From Octopus sinensis (Eukaryota), in contig NW_021835457.1 in the NCBI RefSeq assembly GCF_006345805.1, positions 74,945-138,944 of the forward strand: a stretch of DNA of 64,000 nt, in the 5' to 3' direction. The notes beneath the pieces are model-generated. The model saw only the letters and a list, made by a program, of their open reading frames with translations. It was not told where the DNA came from and did not search any database. Each line of letters opens with the position of its first letter. Within the stretch, counting starts at the first letter, position 1. Shown here one piece after another: positions 1-12,500 of the stretch. The translations under genes and the position numbers were made by a program.

Positions 1-1681
1 CATTCCAGACTATGGACTAGAAAATTGTGCAATACAAGGTATAATCTTTACTTTTAAATAAAAGGTGATAAAATTAAATGGGTATACGTTGGAATCACCC
101 AAGAAGCGGGCGAGTTTGTGACAAGTAAAGGAGATTTGGCGGTATTTGAACAATACATTTGATTAGTCGTATCTTCCATGGCGTCCTAATCAGCCTCAAA
201 GTGAAATATGTGTAATAAGAAGTACTGATAACGGTGAGTTCCAAACAAGAGATTGCAATACAGAAAAGCACATCATTTGTGAAACAGGTTATTTTAGCTC
301 CTTTAATTTCTAAGACAAAGTTGTGTCGGGTGCAAATGAAACGGCATGTGATTTACAGATATCTCATAGTATGGTGTAGAAGTGACTAACAATTAGTTTA
401 CTTTGCTCAAATAAGGGAATATAACGGATGGACATTCCGTTTATTCGACTTCAACACGACTCTGTCAGTTGCTAAAACTGTTTGTTCTAGACGTGGGGAA
501 GTCGTATTTGTTCCTCGCAATGATGCAGAAAATTGTGCAATTTCTGGTAATTTGTGAGATTTATATGTTAACAGAGATTGTGGAATTGAATATTAGAATG
601 AATTTAGTCGAAATGCACGTAAAAAATGTGTTTATTCCTGGAGATGGGTCCGAAAAAGTTATTTTTATTGAATTTTCTAGAATTACACCAACTGGAATAT
701 TGGATATCCTATTTTGGATTCCAATCGAAGTTGTGTGTATATGAATTTTGGAACTGGCATGTGGGAAAACGATGTTTGCAGGAATTCTTCATTTGTTTGT
801 CGCGGAAAAGGTGATATACAATCCTCAATTAATTGCTCGAATAATTTTTATGGTTTCTTCATGTGAAATAGTTTATAGAACCAACAAATAACGCTTTCTC
901 ATTCACATATGACTCAAAAACATATTTCTTGTTTGCTTATCTCAAAACTTTCTACGAAGCCGTACGATTGTGTTCATATTATGGACAAAATCTTGTTCAA
1001 ACTACTAATCAGTCTATAATTGAGGAAATAACTAAATGTATATTCAAAATATAATATTAGACATGATTGACAAGTCTTTCTACATGAATTACAGAATAAT
1101 TTGGAATGACACCACAATGAACTGGATAGGTAGCAGCCCTTCAGTTCAAACAATTTTTGACAATATTTAGGATACTCCCAACTGGATGTCTGGAGAACCA
1201 ATTGAGAAAGATTATCAGATCTCCTGCGTTAGCGTTCAACCTGACAAGAAATGGGTGACTAATTCTTGCAGAAGAAAACACGTTCCGGTCTGTGTTCATG
1301 ATGGTTCTAATTTTTATTAAAATTTTATAGCTACCACAACAACACCAGCCATAATTACCCCCAGGAATACTTTCACAAGTAATATGCTAGCATTATATTT
1401 TAGCTACTCTAAAGCCTAATGTGGAAGCTTGTACTATTTGAGTCTTCTCATGTTATAGCAATTCATGTCAATAATGTCGGATCAGACGTTGGCATCTTCT
1501 TTGCTAGTTTGGCATTTGTCGCTGTTATTTTCGGTATTTTTATATTTCGAAGGTATTTCCTTTTATAAATTGGATAGGAGAAATTCACGAATTCCCACTT
1601 TGCGGTCAGATGGAAGCTTAAAAAGTATTTAATTATGTTTCATTTCTAGGTCGAACTTTTTCAATCGAAAGTTCTCTTTAA
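1..1681 (+). CDS. Type I membrane receptor with at least 3 C-type lectin domains (5' end outside window), multi-exon with tiny introns
   Basis: Hand splicing of GT-AG micro-introns gives CTL motifs YLPWRPNQPQSEIC...DCNTEKHIIC, NYTNWNIGYP..RSCVYMNFGTGMWENDVC and PNWMSGEP..SCVSVQPDKKWVTNSC. These are followed by a Thr-rich stalk, TM segment VGIFFASLAFVAVIFGIFIF-RR and a short tail ending RTFSIESSL*. Confidence 0.8.
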
Positions 1682-1971
1682 CTAACATACTAATATTCTC
1701 TTTAATCAACTCTTAATTAATCTAAAAATATTATCCATAACATTTGGCAAGTTTATTTGAATACAATTGACTTCGATTCTGCTAACATAATGAGCTAATC
1801 AAAAAAATCGTCTCATCGTTTCGAAGAACTGTAGCAATCTGCAGGAAACATTTAGGCTCCTGCCAAGCAATTTAAAAAAAATTAGTCAAAACGACGTTCT
1901 CCAAAGCTAGTGTCCAATTTTAATATGAACCGATTGCTGACTAATACAGTGAACAAAAATTAAAACTGAAC

Positions 1972-2856
1972 ATGCCTTTTTTTATAAATTCACAAGAAAC
2001 TAGAAGCCTTGACCGATCTGATGGATATCGATATCTGGGAGTCCTGGAGGATAAAGGAAGCAATGTATTGAAGCGTGAAGTTATGAAAAAAATTGCAGAA
2101 AATGTAAAGAAGAGAATTGAAAGCTTAGTGAACACGAAGCTAAATGCAGTGAATTTATTCAAGGCGATTAATGAATATTCTCTATCACTTTACAATTACT
2201 ATATTGGACTAATTGACATTGAGCCACACGAGTTTCAAGCCATTGATACCGAAGTTCGAAGGATTCTATCTAATTTACATGTTCATCTGAAACCTGCAAA
2301 TAAGGAAAGATTATATATAAGCAGATCTAATTTTGGAAGAGGACTTAATTCAATTGTCCATAAAAGTGAATGCATGTTATACCAATTTTTGACTGATCTT
2401 GAAAGAAAGTCTACAATGTGTCTCAGAAAGTCTGGAATCTTGCGGGTCTTGAAAATAAAGAAAACACATATGGCCACTATCGCAAGATTTCTTACCTTCA
2501 AATACAATATTGAAGATCCTTCAGAATTGAATATAAACATAATCAAGGAGAATCAACAAAAGAATCTAATGAAGATTATTAAATCGAAGATGTTGCATTC
2601 CGTACTTTTCAAATGTTGTGAGGATCAGAATGTTGACATCAATATGTCTACGGAATGGCTAGTGAATGGAAACAACAGTCCGAGATCAGAACCAATGTAT
2701 TGTATTATTCAGGATCGAAATATATTTTTCAACGATAATGGAGGAATGTGCAATCATTGTAATCAAGCTAAAAAATCTGTTGATCACATGACTACAAGAT
2801 GTAGCAGAATGGTGAACAGTGATTATACCAGAAGACATAATGAAATTATAAGATGA
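1972..2856 (+). mobile_element. Non-LTR retrotransposon fragment (R2/R4-like): RT C-terminus plus CCHC zinc knuckle
   Basis: YRYLGV, ERLYISRSNFGRGL and CNHC...DHMTTRC...YTRRHNEI motifs; truncated at both ends. Confidence 0.8.
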
Positions 2857-3195
2857 AATGAAACGAATAATTCAAAAAATTCTTCTTTAATATTTTCTAT
2901 ATAAATTTATCGCAGATAAACACGTATCTAGAGAAATTTGTTACATTGGTTGAAAATGAATTTTCTTTATAGACATCACTTTTTATCTCAGTTGTGACCT
3001 AATAATATAACCATAAAACAAATTGATTTTTTAAAATGTTTTCGAATAAATCTCGCATTCTTCTGTTGATTGTATCGTTCAAAAATTGAAAACATTAGAC
3101 CCCATAATAAGCCTAGATCCAGCTTCGTTTTTATCCTGACATAAAGTATTGCTAACCGGACATTTTAATTACTAAATTAATGTATGTAAAGCAGA

Positions 3196-3362
3196 AGAAC
3201 TGATGACGATCCAGTTTCCCCTCACTATTGCTTGGGACACGTTCTGGAGAAGCCATCTCGTCTCAAGAGGATTGTGTGTTCTCAGGGTCTTGAGACGTCC
3301 AATACACATGAGGAAGCGCAACGACTCCTTCCCAATCGATCCCAGGGTTTCGACAGTATTGC
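3196..3362 (-). mobile_element. CRE-clade LINE 3' fragment (endonuclease C-terminus)
   Basis: Minus-strand translation VETLGSIGKESLRFL...WLLQNVSQAIVRGN resembles the CRE C-terminus at 41797-42444 (FETSGIIGPKALEFL...ISLAILRGN). Confidence 0.6.
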
Positions 3363-4019
3363 TAACTAAATTAAATAATTAAGATCACAAGAAAATAATA
3401 ATGAGAATAATTAAATAATTAATTCGTAGGGAATTAGGGCATTATGACCATCTCGTTCTCCACGGCGTCCACAAAAAATGAACTTTTGGGTCCAACAGGC
3501 TGAGTTTTAAATGATTTTTCGGGCTTTTCTCCCTTTTTGAGTGACAGTCTGTAAGCATCCGCATCCCAAACATTCTTTTTGAAATTTTCTTGACATTTTG
3601 AAGGGTTCACGTGCTCAGTCCGCACACAAATTCTTTTTGCCAAGACACGGTTCCTAAAATTATTTTTGGCAACTTGACACGTTTATTGACGATAACTCCA
3701 ATTCCTCGTTTTGTAACGTTAAAAACACGGCCGGTTTTTCCGTGATATGATTTTTGGGGCATTCCTTTTTGTATGGATCCAATACCCTATGGATATTTGA
3801 AATAAAAATACTTTAACAACAAAATTAAATCCGAGGGAACGGCTTGTGATCCGAGGGAACGGCTTCGCCATTCGCGAGGCTGGCCGGGTGTCTCGTGACG
3901 CCAGTAATTAGCTTAGCTATCTTTTCACGTCCTTATTGTTTTAAAAATTTTAACGTATAAAAAAAAATGCTTCGTGTATCAAGTCAAAGCCACATTATTT
4001 TATCGAAAAATTGAAATTG

Positions 4020-4535
4020 AGGATTTCTCATGTTCAAATAAATATCCAAAGATTTTAGAATCTCTCGATGTGCCATCCAAAAGACTAAGCAGAGATTTTT
4101 AAATGAATATCAATACTCTGACATGTGGTAAAAGGTAGAAATACAAAATTATCGAAACTTAATAAACGTTTTCTCGTTTTCACAGAAAAAGTCAGTGTAA
4201 TAATCAGAAAAAGAATTTTACGAAAAAATAATCTTTTCAGTCGTATTTCTATCAAAAAACCAAAATTGAAGCGATTTCATATTGATAACCGTTAATCTTG
4301 GTGCATAAATTACTTGGAATCAAATTGACCGGAACCACGTCATTTTTTCTGATGAATGCTGCATTCAGCAAGGCCAAGAGAGTATGTCAGAAATCCTCCC
4401 CAGAAAAAAATTACATCTAAAATATGTCACAAAAACTATAAAATATTCGCTCATAACTATTGTGGGCATAATGCTTTGCAGGAGATTAGTTGTAACTAAG
4501 CAAAACATCAATTGTCAAATCGTAAGTGAGTGCAA
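4020..4535 (+). pseudogene. Degenerate Tc1-like transposase remnant
   Basis: SRISIKKPKLKRFHIDNR...HVIFSDEC with stops and frameshifts. Confidence 0.55.
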
Positions 4536-4537
4536 TA

Positions 4538-5083
4538 CAGTGCAACCCCTTATTGGGGCGACCCCGGACGTGAGACACCCTCGGATTTTGGGGCACCCTC
4601 GGGTTTTGGGGCAATTTGAATTTCTATTAGGAGTTTTTCTGTTTATTCTTTATAAGATAAACCCCGTTATGGGGCATTTAATATTTTACATATTTTTTAG
4701 TTATAATTTTTGCATTTTATTTTATAATAACTAATAATAACGTGTTTCTGTTGTTTTGATGGATGTAATTTTGATGGATGTGAAGTTTCTGAGGGCTTCA
4801 GAGAACCCGATAATAGTGATAAACATTCATTTCCCGACAAGGTCGTTTTGGATCGATTAATTTGACAATGGATCGATTAATTCAAAAGTACCAATTCGGA
4901 GCGAAAATAACGGATCATTTCCCGACAAGTAAAGACTAAAATTGTTAAATGAAATTAAGAATAAACATCTTTTGGTTTTAAATTAACAAAACGTTAGTTT
5001 TTTTCGTTAATATTAGAAAACCCCTCTATCTGGGGAAACCCCTGTTTTTGGGGCACTAGGTGCCCCAAAAAGAGGTTAGACTG
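4538..5083. mobile_element. MITE, Tc1/pogo-type, TA target duplication
   Basis: Left end CAGTGCAACCCCTTATTGGGGC; right end reverse complement CAGTCTAACCTCTTTTTGGGGC; flanked by TA on both sides. Confidence 0.7.
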
Positions 5084-5551
5084 TATATGCAACTGAAACA
5101 GTATGATGATTCGAGCCATATTGTCGCTGATTTACATAATGAAAGGTTTAAGTCGATTTGATATTGCTACAAATTAAAAATTTGTAGTTTCTATATTGCA
5201 AATTTTAATCCTATCCTAGGCATGGATTTTTAATAAAAAAATTGAACTTGTTTTGAACAAAGTAGTCTCAAAAAGTTCTGAATCTAGAAATTAAAATTGC
5301 ATCAGATTAACAAATGAATTTATCAGATATAAATTAAAAAGTACTATTCGGTATCCATTTTTAAGAATACTTAACATCGAGTTTCTGTTAATATCTTTTC
5401 ATTTAAGTTAACATCAGTCCTACTTAAATACGAAATAATTTAAAAATAACTTTTATTATTAATGCAATTTATGGCTTTGGTGACTGCTTTGTAGTCAGAA
5501 AACCCTTAATCACCAGGAACCATAAAAGCATACACAAAATAAACCAATCAG

Positions 5552-7020
5552 CTAAAAACTCTCAGTAATTCGTACACAAGTTTTACAAATTCGACTAATT
5601 TCCTCCTCCAACTGAAGTAATAAGCATCATTAATACACAAATGTGCAACTCCTGTCTTAAACACCCCAATCTCGCCATTTGAGCCTCCAACCTGACCTTC
5701 GAAGACTTCAATTCCTCAATTCTAGCCTCCTCCAACTCACATCGTTTATCCTCGACTTCCGCAGACTCGCAAACCTCCAAAAACTCAGCCACCCGACCAT
5801 TAAAATAATCCCCGCCCTCCCTCAATCTTACCAACTCAGCCAATTCAGGACATTCCACCAAACATAAACATTCTTCCACCCGATCTCGATATTCCGCGAT
5901 TTTACCACTGTCCTTCACCCACACAACACAACCAAAACACTCAAAACCCTCATCCACAAGCATTTTAAAGAACTCCCTCAACTTTTAATATCCCCACACA
6001 GCCACCTGCAACAATTCCGTCCCCAACAATATTCTGAACTCCACTTGTTCTAACAAACTGTCATTATCCACCAACTGAGGGACATATTTGGCCTTAAACT
6101 CAAAATTAGAGCCATTTGAAGTCTCACATTTACAAGAGGACATGTCACGTGCTCCTCAAATCCCCACGATCTGAGCTTCCCGACAGAAATGTGACAAGAA
6201 AGTGAAGATATGACAAACTCAATCGTCTGAAGGACACTGTTTATGTGACTCCGACAACTCACTGCCGAGATCCGTGGACTGTCTGAGAGAAATCATAGAA
6301 GTAACTCAATGGCTTCTCCAGGGAGGCCAAGGAAGTACATATTTCGGCCAAAATGTCTTTGATCTTCTCACATGATGACTTTAGTTTGAGAGATATCAAA
6401 GTCTTGTAGTCATTCTGAATATATCTTTTATTGGAAGGACCTGAGGGACTTTTTTGGGGTTGATTCCCAGAGAGGTGAGTCCCTGATTTGCCTTTTCTCT
6501 CCACTTCCGGGCACTTTGTCGGTGTTTAGAGAGAAGGCGGGTCGAGGACTGGATTTATAGGCTGAGATTAACCAAAATTTGAAGGTCGATTTTGGAGATT
6601 TGCCTTTTTGTTCTTTATTTGGATTTTGTGGATGTTTGAATAGACATATGAGGAGTGGCTGGGAGTAGGGAAGGAAATGTCACCAAGGAAAAGGTTTTTC
6701 TTCTCTAAACTGGTCAGGACGTCTTTCCATGGTTTAAGAACGTGGTTTGGTCGGGATTCTGATTGGCAGGTTTGTACAATTTGTTTATTTGGAAATATTC
6801 CAGTACTTTGAGTTACTAAGATCAGTCTTACTACTTGAGATATTCTCTAAGCTTTCGAAGCCTTCGATTTGTTTTAAATCTTCAATTTGGGGTCTGATTT
6901 TTTGGAACTGTGAATGCCAGTCCTTGCATATAAAATGACGTTTACTGAGCCAATCTTATAAATCAAAAAATGACACAAACCTAAAAGTGAGATCTCCACA
7001 ACACTCAGCTGTGAACACAT
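5552..7020 (-). CDS. CDK5RAP3: CDK5 regulatory subunit-associated protein 3 (C53, UFMylation/ER-phagy adaptor) homolog, with homopolymer frameshifts
   Basis: Spliced peptide LLDWLSKRHFICKDW, WKDVLTSLEKKNLFL, KRQISK, YFNGRVAEFL, LEEEISR matches the family pattern (LLDWLVDRRHC, WQEIIALYEKDNTYL, KKQIAK, YVDRVTEFL, IEADISK). Confidence 0.75.
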
Positions 7021-7169
7021 AATAATTTATTTAAATATATATTTTCGATAGAATAGAAGAGTAGAATAGTGTTTATTGAGCGAAAAGAAAAAGAAAAACA
7101 AGGAAGAAATCATCAGCGGGGAAATAAAAAAACAAGGCACCGAAGTGTCTCTTTCCATGCGTATCCCCA

Positions 7170-7652
7170 ATACTAGTCATGTTTGACGACAATTCTCCAA
7201 GACCATCCGGATCGTGGGCACAGAGGATTCTTGTGAGTCTTTTAACTTTCCGTCAAGTTGTACTCCGTAAGCCAATTTCATAGCGAAACGTCTTGTCTTT
7301 TCCAACTGTTCGATCAGGTAGTCACTCTCCTCCGTACCGTACCAGCCCTCGTAGCCATATGTGAGGACTGGCTGCACACACGTTTTTTTGTATACGTAGA
7401 TGTACGTTTCCGGATCAGATGGAACCTGGTTAAGCTTTTGAGGATCCTCACACTCCTCTTTCTCTGATTTGCTATATGCTCTACGTACGAGCCACGACAG
7501 TTAATGGTTGCTCCCAGGTAAGAAAGATTTTTTCTTTTCGAGAGATCCATCACATAACTACTCATCGCATATGCACACGACTCCGCATAGCGACTCCCTC
7601 TCCGCAACCATGAAATGGTGCTCTTCTCCGGTGCTAGGGTCAAACCCTTCAT
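7170..7652 (-). mobile_element. LINE reverse-transcriptase C-terminal fragment
   Basis: LSYLGATIN and CVQPVLTYGYEGW motifs; frameshifted. Confidence 0.6.
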
Positions 7653-8166
7653 ATTTTCGATAATAATTAATATACAAACTCAATTTTATTATAAACCAAA
7701 TTTTCTCAGTGTATTTATTTTACAATAACCAGATCGAGTGAAAATCTAGTCCAAAAAACCTTTATTTTCAAATATCCAACCTTGTTTTGATTTAACCAAA
7801 AAAATTGGAATTTTCTGTTTAAATAACCTTCCTTCAAAAATTAAAGACTTCGGCTTCAACTGAATTTAAACTGAGAAAACTCAAATCTTAAAACAGTCAG
7901 TCAAAATTGAACTTTATTTTGTTTTATAACAAATATAGAACCTGTCATTCAAACTAGCACTCAGATGGGGTCACAGTGTGATGACCTGAGTAATTTAATT
8001 CGTGACTGATCTCTAGTCGGGTGATATTATCGGTGATTATAATCTTTTTACCCACAATCAATCAACGGTGTTTCCAATTGCATAAAAATGAATTTTACGC
8101 TGCCGAGAAATGTGCATAAAAATGGCTGTAATATTCATATTACTAATCAAACAGACAATTCTCGGT

Positions 8167-9526
8167 ATGGGCTTAGTAGTATCATATATATCATTATATA
8201 TAATCCTAATCGGCTCACTTTGAAGAACACTTAAGCAATCTCAAGTGGCACTCGAGTAAAATTATATTAATTGACCACAATGCCTTCATTGAGCGTAATT
8301 TAATAATAGGAATAATACATACAAATTATATGTATATTATTTGTCTGTATGTATTAATTAGTCATTATTAAATGTCTAGTTTATTATCCCCCCCTCTGTG
8401 AATATTCTGTTTCAAGTCCTTTGCCTTAAATTATAATTTTCCTGTCCTTAATTAATTATCTTGACATGATCAGTCCATTAAATAAATCAATCCTTTTAGA
8501 AAATGATCGAATGTTTGTCTCTGATTTGAAGAGTACTTATTATGTCTCTCACTACACTCCTGTCAGTCCCACATGTTCTACAAACTCGACCTTGGCAGGG
8601 CAACTCAGTCTTGTTTGTCAACCCAAAATGGAGTCAAAATGTGGGGAAAGTGTGACTTGGTTAAATGCACTGCTAAAATTGACTTTATCGACGTTTTTTT
8701 TGTATTTTTGGGGGGTTTTCCTGTCACTGTGAAATCAAATTAACAAAGGAAAAACAATTTGGGCAGAAAATCGGAAATTATTCCATCATGTTAGTTTTAT
8801 CTGATTACCTTAGACATTAACAAACAAATTTCTCTAAGCCACGTCGTCGTTAATGTCACGGAATGGGCACGGATTTTGAAATTGAGTTGCCACCCTCCTG
8901 GCGGGATTCCTACACCATCGGTAATTAAAATTATTTTTATGTGGCGAACCAAATTTTACATTTTTTGTGGTGATATATTTTTAGATAAAATGGAAGAGGA
9001 ATAATCAAACTATCATAGAATTAGACTTTTCCGAAAGAATAATATCAATAGATGAACACTCAATCATCATTTTAATCACGAGAAATAATAAGAGAGTCAA
9101 TTATTCCTGCTATGCCTACAACATGGCCGGGACAGTGGAGAGCACAGTCATAGAAATAGCACCTCCCCCAGGTATGCCACAATGAGGTGATAAAGTAGAG
9201 TCAAAGCAAACGGCACTGGTGGAGGACTGCATAGGGTCATGTTCTGAGACATTGCTAAGTCTTAAAAATGTAGTTTTAATATCATCCCTCATGTTATTTG
9301 GAGTTCTCCTAATTATAATTATTATATTCAAATATTATGGAAGGAGGTGGGTACTGTCCACTAAATATCAATCCGGTTGGAATATTTTGTTTTATTGTAG
9401 GGACCTTTTATGACAGTTACAGCTGGGACTACTTCCCTACATACCTGAGTCAGTATAGTTATGTTTACATTTTCAGGCACTAATAAGCCTTATGTGGTGA
9501 ATGCGAGTGACTCCCTATTAAATTAA
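8167..9526 (+). CDS. Ig-superfamily type I membrane protein with an UNC-5-like Ig domain; 5' and 3' ends uncertain
   Basis: Spliced LKLSCHPPGGIPTPS|IKWKRNN...DEHSIII...NYSCYAYNMAG, TM VVLISSLMLFGVLLIIIIIF-KYYGRR and tail FYDSYSWDYFPTY. A possible signal peptide MGLVVSYISLYIILIGSL starts at 8167 but needs a 1-nt correction to continue. Confidence 0.6.
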
Positions 9527-10078
9527 AGAGTTGCTAATAATACTCAAAATTACATATAATAAATCATATTTATACTGTAGCGAACCGTTGCTAACTGTGT
9601 TAATGTTTTTGACAAGTTGATTTTTCGTTGTCAGATTGAACTATACATATGGGCAGGGCAAATAAAACATTTTTGTAGAAATATTATTCGAGTATTTAGT
9701 CTAGAGTTATTAACATTGACCTTAAATAGTGTCAGAAAGCTAGCTGAACACTTAGAGAGGACTGTTTATCAATATTTTATTTAGTGGACTTGCTCAACCA
9801 AATTTAGTCAGTTTGCCTTTTTCTGCCTTATTAACTTGATTTACTTAGTTTAATATACAAGTTTGAGATAACCTACTGAATACTAATAAAGATGTTTTTA
9901 CTCATAAATTACCATCAAATAAAAATTTTTTTATAAACAAATTTTCTTAGTTTAGAATGTTTATAGGACTATTTATTTCGAAATGTTAGTCATATTACAG
10001 CCAAAGTGTAAAACTCATGTCGTTTCGGGAGCCGCATTTTATAATAATTTTTCATAAAGGAAATATAAGAAACAAATA

Positions 10079-11227
10079 CAGTAAACCAAATAAAAAACGA
10101 ACACTACATTTTTCCTAAAATTTCCAGAAACGAATCAAAAAAATATCTAAATAGAATTTTAACAATATATAAACAATAACTAATATTTTTTATTTTTGCA
10201 AAAAATATATTTACCGCCTTTTTACAACAAAAGTATAATCTGAACCAAAATAAAAAACGAACAAAATTTTTTATTTGTAAATGTTATTAAATATATGATT
10301 TTTTTAGAAAATTATTAATATTTGGGACGCTATAATAACTTATTATGGCCAGACAATTGAGTTTTGAAGAAAAGGGAACAATTATCGTATTTACAAATGC
10401 GGAAAGACGTATCGCGAAATACAACGTATAACTAAAAGATGGTGTAAAAGATCACTTGTTACCATATCGAAAACATTCGAAATATAAACAAAATATTCCA
10501 TGCTCAAGAAATATGGTTTTGGTCGTCCCCGGCTCCTAATGAACATGATTTTAAAAAATCATAAGGCAAGGATTGAAGATCCAAAATTTAATTGCGTAAA
10601 ATATGCGAAGGCACTGAAAAAGAAAACTGGGAAAAATGTAACACCTGAAACAATCAGAAATACACTAAAACAAAGAGGTTTCAAAGCATTCCGCCGACTA
10701 TAAGACCACATCTTACTAAAAAACACAAAGAACGAAGAATGGAAATCTGTCAAAGATGGAATATGCTATTGGAATTACGTTATATTCAGCGACGAATGAA
10801 AATTCAACTTAGTAAACAACGACGACGAAGATTTGTATAAAGACAACAATCCGAAAGTTTGTTTCACGCAATATACTGAAACCGTAAAATTTGGAAAAGG
10901 AAGTGTGAGATATGTGGTGCATTTACGTCTGAAATATTTTAGTAATAGGAGTGGATTATGCAAAATCATTGGTAGGAACTATGAGTGAACGAATATTGTC
11001 TGTATTGCGACACGTGTGGGCATACTAACTAAAATAAAATTTTGTTCGTTTTTTATTTTGGTTCAGATTATACTTTTGCCGTAAAAAGGCGGTAAATATA
11101 TTTTTTTTGCAAAAATAAAATATTAGTTATTGTTTATATATGTTAAAATTCTATTTAGATATTTTTTTTGATTCGTTTCTTGGAAATTTTAGGAAAATGT
11201 AGTGTTCGTTTTTATTTTGGTTTACTG
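10079..11227 (+). mobile_element. Tc1 element, internally deleted and degenerate
   Basis: ~200-bp TIRs starting CAGTAAACCAAATAAAAAACGAAC, TA flanks; transposase remnants VTPETIRNTLK and NYVIFSDE. Confidence 0.85.
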
Positions 11228-12305
11228 TATGTAATCACCATCTTTAATTGTGCTCAGACCTACTTCCGGATGATTGACACCTTTTTTTCAATACAATTTT
11301 TAATATGTCAAGCTCAACTAGTCCCGACTTAATTAAAGCCGACAAACTTTCATTCGTAAGTCGTGTTCTCTGAACAGTTTTTGCCAATATCATGACATTT
11401 TTTAAATAAGTAGTTTCACAAAAAATGAAAATGTTTATTGGCGGATAGTCTGAGAATTATCCCTGATTATAGCCATGAAGACTTGGTTGACAGCAAAAAA
11501 CAAAGAAATATTAGAATAAATAATCAATCACATTAATGTTAATAAAAACATATTAAGAGAATTTTTAATAGCTGTCCATTTCAAGATTAAGATACCAATG
11601 GAGATTACAACCGAGAAGGTCATTTTACAGAGGGTCGAATCTTAGTGCTCGACATGTATTTTCTAAAATTATGTATTTATCTTTGTGGCTAGAGCATGTA
11701 CACTAATTAGAGCTAAAAAGTGGAACAAAAAAAATTGAAACAAATAATCAGGGTAGTCAATTAGAAACACCAAAAATTTTCATTTAAGCAAAATCTTTTG
11801 TGCATAGAAGATTTCTGGAATCATGATATCGGCAGAGGTTGCAATCTATTGTGAGTAAACAAACACATCATATGCTTGTGCTGTGATTAGTATTGCTCCT
11901 ACAACTGCATGCTGAGTCATTTCTACACTTTTTGTAGCTAATAAGATGAACAGCCAACTGGTTTATTAGTCACTTTCGTAATCCTTATATGAGAATAACA
12001 AAGTATACATAAGGGTTTCGGACCCATTTGTGAATATGCACATTTTCGTTCTCTCAGTAATCTACACAGTCAGTAATGTAAGATAAAAAAGTTTGAATGG
12101 ACGACTGATTTTTGGTGACAGAAATGAAATTTGATAGCATATAACTTTAATGTAAAAATAGGATTTGTAAAGATCTGTTAAACTGCCTGGACTCTCAAAG
12201 GCATCTATAATTTGTTCTGTTTCCCATAATTGATTACAATTAGTATATACAATATTTTGATAAAATGCAAACTTGAATTTCAAAATTGTAAATTTGAGTT
12301 TTGCA

Positions 12306-12500
12306 GATGACATTTGAAGTTTATAATCGACAAATCGAATTATCCAATGACATTTGAAATTTATAATTGACAAATTGATTTTTTCAGATGACGATTTGAA
12401 ATTTATAATTGACAAATTGATTTTTTCAGATGACATTTGAAATTTATAATTGACCAATTGAATTATCCAGATGACATTTGAAATTTGTAATGTAAATTTG
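12306..12500. repeat. Minisatellite, ~41-bp unit, about 5 copies
   Basis: Repeats of GATGACATTTGAAATTTATAATTGACAAATTGATTTTTTCA with variants. Confidence 0.85.

Noticed and set aside
6590-6800. Frameshifts in CDK5RAP3 (also FBXO47, PDI end) as RNA editing or programmed frameshifting
   Set aside because: They fall in homopolymer runs, and the two copies of the 3.4-kb duplication differ the same way; long-read consensus error is simpler.
12306-12500. CRISPR-like array
   Set aside because: Head-to-tail units with no unique spacers, eukaryotic context and no cas genes; ORF 12062-12457 is largely a by-product.
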